A stretch of 13,482 nucleotides of DNA from an uncultured bacterium. Its GTDB lineage: Bacteria; Auribacterota; Erginobacteria; Erginobacterales; Erginobacteraceae. The notes beneath the pieces are model-generated. The model had not been told where the DNA came from. It made no database searches and saw only the letters and a list, made by a program, of their open reading frames with translations. A program made the translations under genes and the position numbers. The stretch covers positions 1 through 13,482 of the forward strand of contig CAWGIE010000012.1 in assembly GCA_963822585.1 (NCBI GenBank), in the 5' to 3' direction. Below are positions 7,612 to 13,482 of this stretch, one piece after another (position 1 is the first letter of the stretch; each line of letters opens with the position of its first letter).

Positions 7612-8484
7612 ATGACCCGAGGGTTGTTCTGTGCCATGGCGCTGGCGGCGTGCGCCGGTGCCTACCTGTTCGCGGCGAGTGCGCGAGCCACCTTCATCCT
7701 GGTCGACGGCCAGCGCAAGAGCGGCATCGTGGTCTTCCACACGGACGACCACGTCAATCTGTTCCGCGGACGCGTCAGTCTCGGGAATGACGACGGCAGC
7801 CGGGAGCAGGAGTTCCCCCTCGAGCAGGTCGCCGTCGTCGTGTTCGTCGCCGGCACCCCCGCGGCGGCCGAGCGGCAGGCCCTGCAGGCGCTGCCGGACG
7901 GCGACAACCTGATCGCGCTGCGGGACGGCACCACCGGCCACGGACGCTTCGTCAACCTGATCGGCGGCGACACGGTGCGATGGATGGACCCGAACGGCTC
8001 GACGCGGGAGATTCCGATCGGCGAGACGAGCCGCATCTATCTGAACCCGTCGGTCTCACGGCGTATCTTCAATATCACCGAGGCCGACCAGGGCACGGCC
8101 GCCGCGCCGGGGGCGACAGTCCTCGAGCCGGACGCGATCGCCGTTCAGGCGAACCAGGCCTGGACGGAGACCGGTCGGATCGTGCGTAAGGGGGATCGTG
8201 TGACCTTCAGGGCGACGGGGCGGATCGCGTTCGGCCGATCGCCCGGGCAGACGGCCGGCCCGGAGGGCAACGCCTCGGAGCGGCGCGCGGCCTATCCGGT
8301 GACGGGTCTGCCCGCCGGCGCCTTGCTTGGCAAGGTGGGCGACAGCACGCCGTTCGCGATCGGTGACAACGGGTTCCCGATTGTGATGCCGGCCGACGGC
8401 CGACTGCTGCTCGGCATCAACGACAACGAGCTCGTCGACAACTCGGGCTTCTTCTCGGTGGTGGTGACGCCAGTCGGACGCTGA
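7612..8484 (+). CDS. Secreted protein with C-terminal LecA/PA-IL-like lectin domain
   Basis: Signal peptide MTRGLFCAMALAACAGAYLFAASARA. The C-domain reads VQANQAWTETG...KGDRVTFRATGRI...AGPEG...PAGALLGKVG...PFAIG...MPADGRLLLGINDNELVDNSGFFSVVV. Intact ORF; alternative start at 7597. Confidence 0.75.
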   Translation: MTRGLFCAMALAACAGAYLFAASARATFILVDGQRKSGIVVFHTDDHVNLFRGRVSLGNDDGSREQEFPLEQVAVVVFVAGTPAAAERQALQALPDGDNLIALRDGTTGHGRFVNLIGGDTVRWMDPNGSTREIPIGETSRIYLNPSVSRRIFNITEADQGTAAAPGATVLEPDAIAVQANQAWTETGRIVRKGDRVTFRATGRIAFGRSPGQTAGPEGNASERRAAYPVTGLPAGALLGKVGDSTPFAIGDNGFPIVMPADGRLLLGINDNELVDNSGFFSVVVTPVGR

Positions 8485-8651
8485 CGGGACGGTCACGCGG
8501 CCGCGACCGGGTGTGGCCGCGATCGCGGTGTTCGACGGCTCGTGCCCGGGTCGTCGCGGGTGGTTCGGAGCGTCCGGTGATGGGGAATCCGACGACGGGC
8601 GGGAGGGCGGGGGGAGGCCGATGGTCACGGACCCGTTCGCTCAGCACGGCC

Positions 8652-9590
8652 ATGCTGTGCGGCCTGTTGCTGATCGGAGGCTCTGGAATCGGGGCGGCCT
8701 CCCGGCAGAACCTGCCTGCCGTCCTGCACGTGCCGGAACTCGAGACCGGCTTCCACCTGCTGTACGAACTGAAGCCCGGGGAAGCCCGCAGGGAGTTCGC
8801 GGTCTGGCGGACGGCCCACCCCGACGACCCGCTGGGCAGCGCCTCGGATGCGGCGAGCTATCTGTTCGAGGAATGCTATCGGCAGGGCGTCCTGACCTCC
8901 GACTTCTTCCTGGACGACAACCGGTTTCTGGGCAGGGTCCCGCTCAACCCCGACCCGGAACTGCGCGCGGCGTTCTTTGCCGCGGACGAGCAGGCGCAGG
9001 AGCTGGCGCAACGACGATTGCAGGCCGACCCGGACGATACCAACGCCCTGTTCTCCATGACCGTGAGCCTGGGGATGCAGGCCGACTATGCGAGTCTGAT
9101 CGACAAGGAACAGCTCAACAGCCTGAAGATGATCCGCGAAGCGGACAAGTACGCGGAGCGCCTGCTGGTCCTGGCGCCCGACGCCGCCGATGCCTATCTG
9201 ACGCTGGGCGCGGCGAACTACATCATCGGGAGTCTGCCGCTGTTCAAGAAGTTCTTCCTCGGCTTCGCCGGGATCCACGGCGACAAGAAGGCGGGGATCC
9301 GGCAGCTCCAGATGGCGGCCGATCGCGGCCACTACCTGCGGCCGTTTGCGAAGATTCTGCTGGCGATGGTGGCGCTTCGCGAGCGGAAGCCCGACCTCGC
9401 CCGCGTGCAGCTCGAGGAGCTCGTCGCGGAGTTTCCGGGGAACGCCCTCTTCGTCAGCGAGCTGGCGAAGCTCGATGCGCACGATCCCCGCGGCACGGGG
9501 CGGGGCCGAGCCGATGAACCTCGCGTCGGCGTCGAATGGCGCGTCGACGGCCTTGCTAACGTCTCCACGTGCGCGTATAGTCGAAGGTGA
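8652..9590 (+). CDS. Exported TPR-like helical protein
   Basis: Signal-like MLCGLLLIGGSGIGAA; GFHLLYELKPGEARREF...HPDDPLG...LAQRRLQADPDDTNALF...DAYLTLGAANYIIGSLP...GIHGDKKAGIRQLQMAADRG...LVAEFPGNALFVSEL. The start could be 8580, 8621 or 8652. The true stop may be ~9517, because 9553-9581 is the groES promoter. Confidence 0.8.
   Translation: MLCGLLLIGGSGIGAASRQNLPAVLHVPELETGFHLLYELKPGEARREFAVWRTAHPDDPLGSASDAASYLFEECYRQGVLTSDFFLDDNRFLGRVPLNPDPELRAAFFAADEQAQELAQRRLQADPDDTNALFSMTVSLGMQADYASLIDKEQLNSLKMIREADKYAERLLVLAPDAADAYLTLGAANYIIGSLPLFKKFFLGFAGIHGDKKAGIRQLQMAADRGHYLRPFAKILLAMVALRERKPDLARVQLEELVAEFPGNALFVSELAKLDAHDPRGTGRGRADEPRVGVEWRVDGLANVSTCAYSRR
9553..9581 (+). promoter_or_regulatory. sigma70-type promoter of groES-groEL
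   Basis: TTGCTA (9553-9558), 17-nt spacer, TATAGT (9576-9581), about 180 nt upstream of groES. Confidence 0.7.
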
Positions 9591-9600
9591 ACTACTTGCC

Positions 9601-9627
9601 TGAGCACTGCCGCCCGTCGCCGGCTAT
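9601..9627 (+). promoter_or_regulatory. Degenerate CIRCE-like element
   Basis: TGAGCACTG-N9-GCCGGCTAT versus consensus TTAGCACTC-N9-GAGTGCTAA (7/9 and 5/9 matches), just downstream of the promoter. Confidence 0.3.
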
Positions 9628-9759
9628 GACCCGGCCAAGCGCCACAGCCCTCATCAGCACACCTCGACGTCTTCGATTGATTAGTTCAGGCGGTCGCTTC
9701 CGTCGACTGGCCGGCGAAGAACTCCGTCCATCCGTTCACGCCAGTTGGGAGTCGACTCC

Positions 9760-11765
<2,006 letters not shown>

Positions 11766-11770
11766 GAGGC

Positions 11771-12280
11771 GTGGGGCCGCTGGCGGAGTTGCTTGCCACC
11801 GGGGATCGGCAGGCCCTGGAGTTCTTCTTCCTGCGTCTTCGGGACGTGTCGGAGTCCACCGTTGACCGGCAGGAGCTGCTCTACAACGCCAGCGTGCTGG
11901 CACACTATGCGCTGGTGTCCACACAGGCCGGACCGAGCTCGCGGCGCCGGCGACGCTGGGCGCGGTGTTCGATCATTTCGTCGTCGACCCGAGACGCTGC
12001 GGACGATGCCGATGATGGAAACGGCGGGCGCCCAATGTCTGGTGCTGGCCGGATTCTTTCAGGAACAGATGCGGCGCCGCCATAACATCCGCTGGTATGC
12101 GGAGCTCGGCGCCGGATTCTTCAGCCGCGCCGCCACTCAGGAACAGTGCCGCACAAGGCCCGGCTGCTCCGCGCCATTGCCGGGACTTGAGCCGTGGCGG
12201 CGACGGTATGCGCGACTGAGCCGGGACCTTCGCGACCGGCCCTACCTCTTGATGCCGCCCCGGCCACCGCGCTGCCGTAG
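11771..12280 (+). CDS. Hypothetical protein (~165 aa) directly downstream of groEL, frameshifted
   Basis: Stitched: [133 protein letters not shown]. Protein-like composition; probable stop TAG at 12278-12280. Confidence 0.7.
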
Positions 12281-12589
12281 GGCGCCACAGGAAGGCGTCG
12301 CATGGAGAGGTTCGGGGATGATATACAATCCAACAATGGTTGGCGTTCGCTCTCGGGTCTCGCCGTGCTGATGCGACGACGACCCTGCTCAGGCGTCGGG
12401 AGATCTTCGGCGGCCTGGGTGCTCTCGAGCCCCCGCTGGATTGCCGAGCATCACATGGACTCGCATGGCTGGGGTGCCGGAGCGCACGCGCGCTGGTGAG
12501 GACAGCGCGTCGAGGGGAGCGGCGGGGATGCATGGCGTGGCATGGACGTTCCGCCGCTCTTCGAGTGACAGCGGACCTGTGACTGCTCT

Positions 12590-13004
12590 TGATCTAACAG
12601 GGTCGCGGCGGTGGCAGCAGCATCCTTGCGGCATGGCCGGATCGTCAGAGGCGGGGCCGGCGTTCACTGTTTCGGCGCGTCCTGCAGCATCGTATCAACC
12701 AGCCCCGGCCTCGGTGGTCTGGGGAGTCGCGCCGTTGCCGAGCTTGTCGCACGGGGTTCACTTCCTTCGCATCGAAGCCCTCGCCGTCGAGCCGACCCAG
12801 GCGGTTCACGACATGATGCAGTTCCTTGTGCACCACGGCGATGGCCCGGGCCTTCGATGCCGAGGCGGGCGTGCGTCGCCGCCATGGCCGCTTCCTCGGG
12901 AGTGTCAGCGGCGTGGACGGGTGCAGGACGAGACGAGTTCCAGCAGCAGGCCCCCAGCAAGGGCAGAAGCCACCGACCAGAGCCTGACCATGCTTCCCCG
13001 TCAT
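12590..13004 (-). CDS. Secreted hypothetical helical protein with His/Cys motif, heavily frameshifted
   Basis: Strong SD AAGGAGG before the ATG at 13004. Stitched: signal-like region ending PVHA-ADTPEEAAMAATHA..ASKARAIAVVHKELHHVVNRL..GEGFDAKEVNPCDKLGNGA..TMLQDA..VNAG.ASDDPA..KDAAATAATL. The 3' end is approximate. Confidence 0.55.
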
Positions 13005-13369
13005 GTTCGTGCCTCCTTCTCCAGGCGATGTGATCTGGCACGTGGCTGGGACGGAGTTTTTCGCCATGATTCCACCGCCCCGACAGCCACGCCGACGGAG
13101 CCGGGCGGGGCCCCGCTTATCGGCGATCTCAGTGAGTGTGGACGGTGCCAGGACAGCAGCGGCCGCCTGGAACCAGCTCGTCGCCCGGCTGGCGCGCCCA
13201 CGCGGCTGGGCTGAAGGCTTCCGTTCGATGCCGGTTCGATGTCGCCGTGATAACAGCTTCGGTGGGACGAGACCTCGTGGATCTCGACGGGGGTCCCGCC
13301 TCGGCCACCTGTGTCGCGGCGCTTCTACGGCGGGGCAACCTTCGCATGAACTATGGAGCGAAGAGGTTC

Positions 13370-13445
13370 GGTAGACCAGGAAGGAGTCGAACCTCAACCG
13401 CAGATTAAGAGTCTACTGCTCTACCGGGGTACGAGCTACTCGCCC
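13370..13445 (-). tRNA. tRNA-Lys(CTT), degenerate or error-containing
   Basis: Minus strand GGGCGAG TAGCTC..GGTAGAGC AGTAGA CTCTTAA TCTGC GGTT GAGGTTCGACTCCTTC CTGGTCT ACC. It has a D-arm, anticodon stem GTAGA/TCTGC with loop CT-CTT-AA, and a TTCGA T-loop. There is one acceptor-stem mismatch and a shortened variable/T-stem region. Confidence 0.8.
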
Positions 13446-13482
13446 TTATCTCGGTTTCGGCCCGGGCACGGTGCTGGTCGCA

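Noticed and set aside
13020..13365. Possible small ORFs between the secreted-protein gene and the tRNA
   Set aside because: No frame gives a recognisable or consistently protein-like sequence.

Overview
This is a high-GC bacterial window, probably Acidobacteriota of Vicinamibacterales type (inferred from the gene families). The sequence is error-rich: most long genes carry 1-bp indels, so the ORF track splits them. Left to right it holds the 3' end of an NdvB/ChvB-type GH94 glucan phosphorylase domain, then phosphoglucomutase (pgm), then a ~7 kb cluster of small or uncharacterised genes. The cluster contains two paralogous small 2-TM proteins, two near-identical copies of a small acidic protein (250-bp direct repeat), a double PRC-barrel protein, a third small membrane protein, YihY/BrkB, two distantly paralogous exported TPR-like proteins, a Thivi_2564-family membrane protein and a secreted LecA/PA-IL-like lectin-domain protein. 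It is followed by a groES-groEL operon with an extended GroES and a tightly coupled hypothetical gene, a frameshifted secreted His/Cys protein, and a degenerate tRNA-Lys(CTT). The most notable signal is a recurring 16-bp palindrome, TGT(G/T)CA-N4-(T/G)GAAC(A), in four intergenic regions. Each copy lies 21-22 nt from -10-like hexamers, which is the geometry of class II Crp/Fnr-activated promoters. This suggests the small-gene cluster is one co-regulated, possibly general-stress, regulon.
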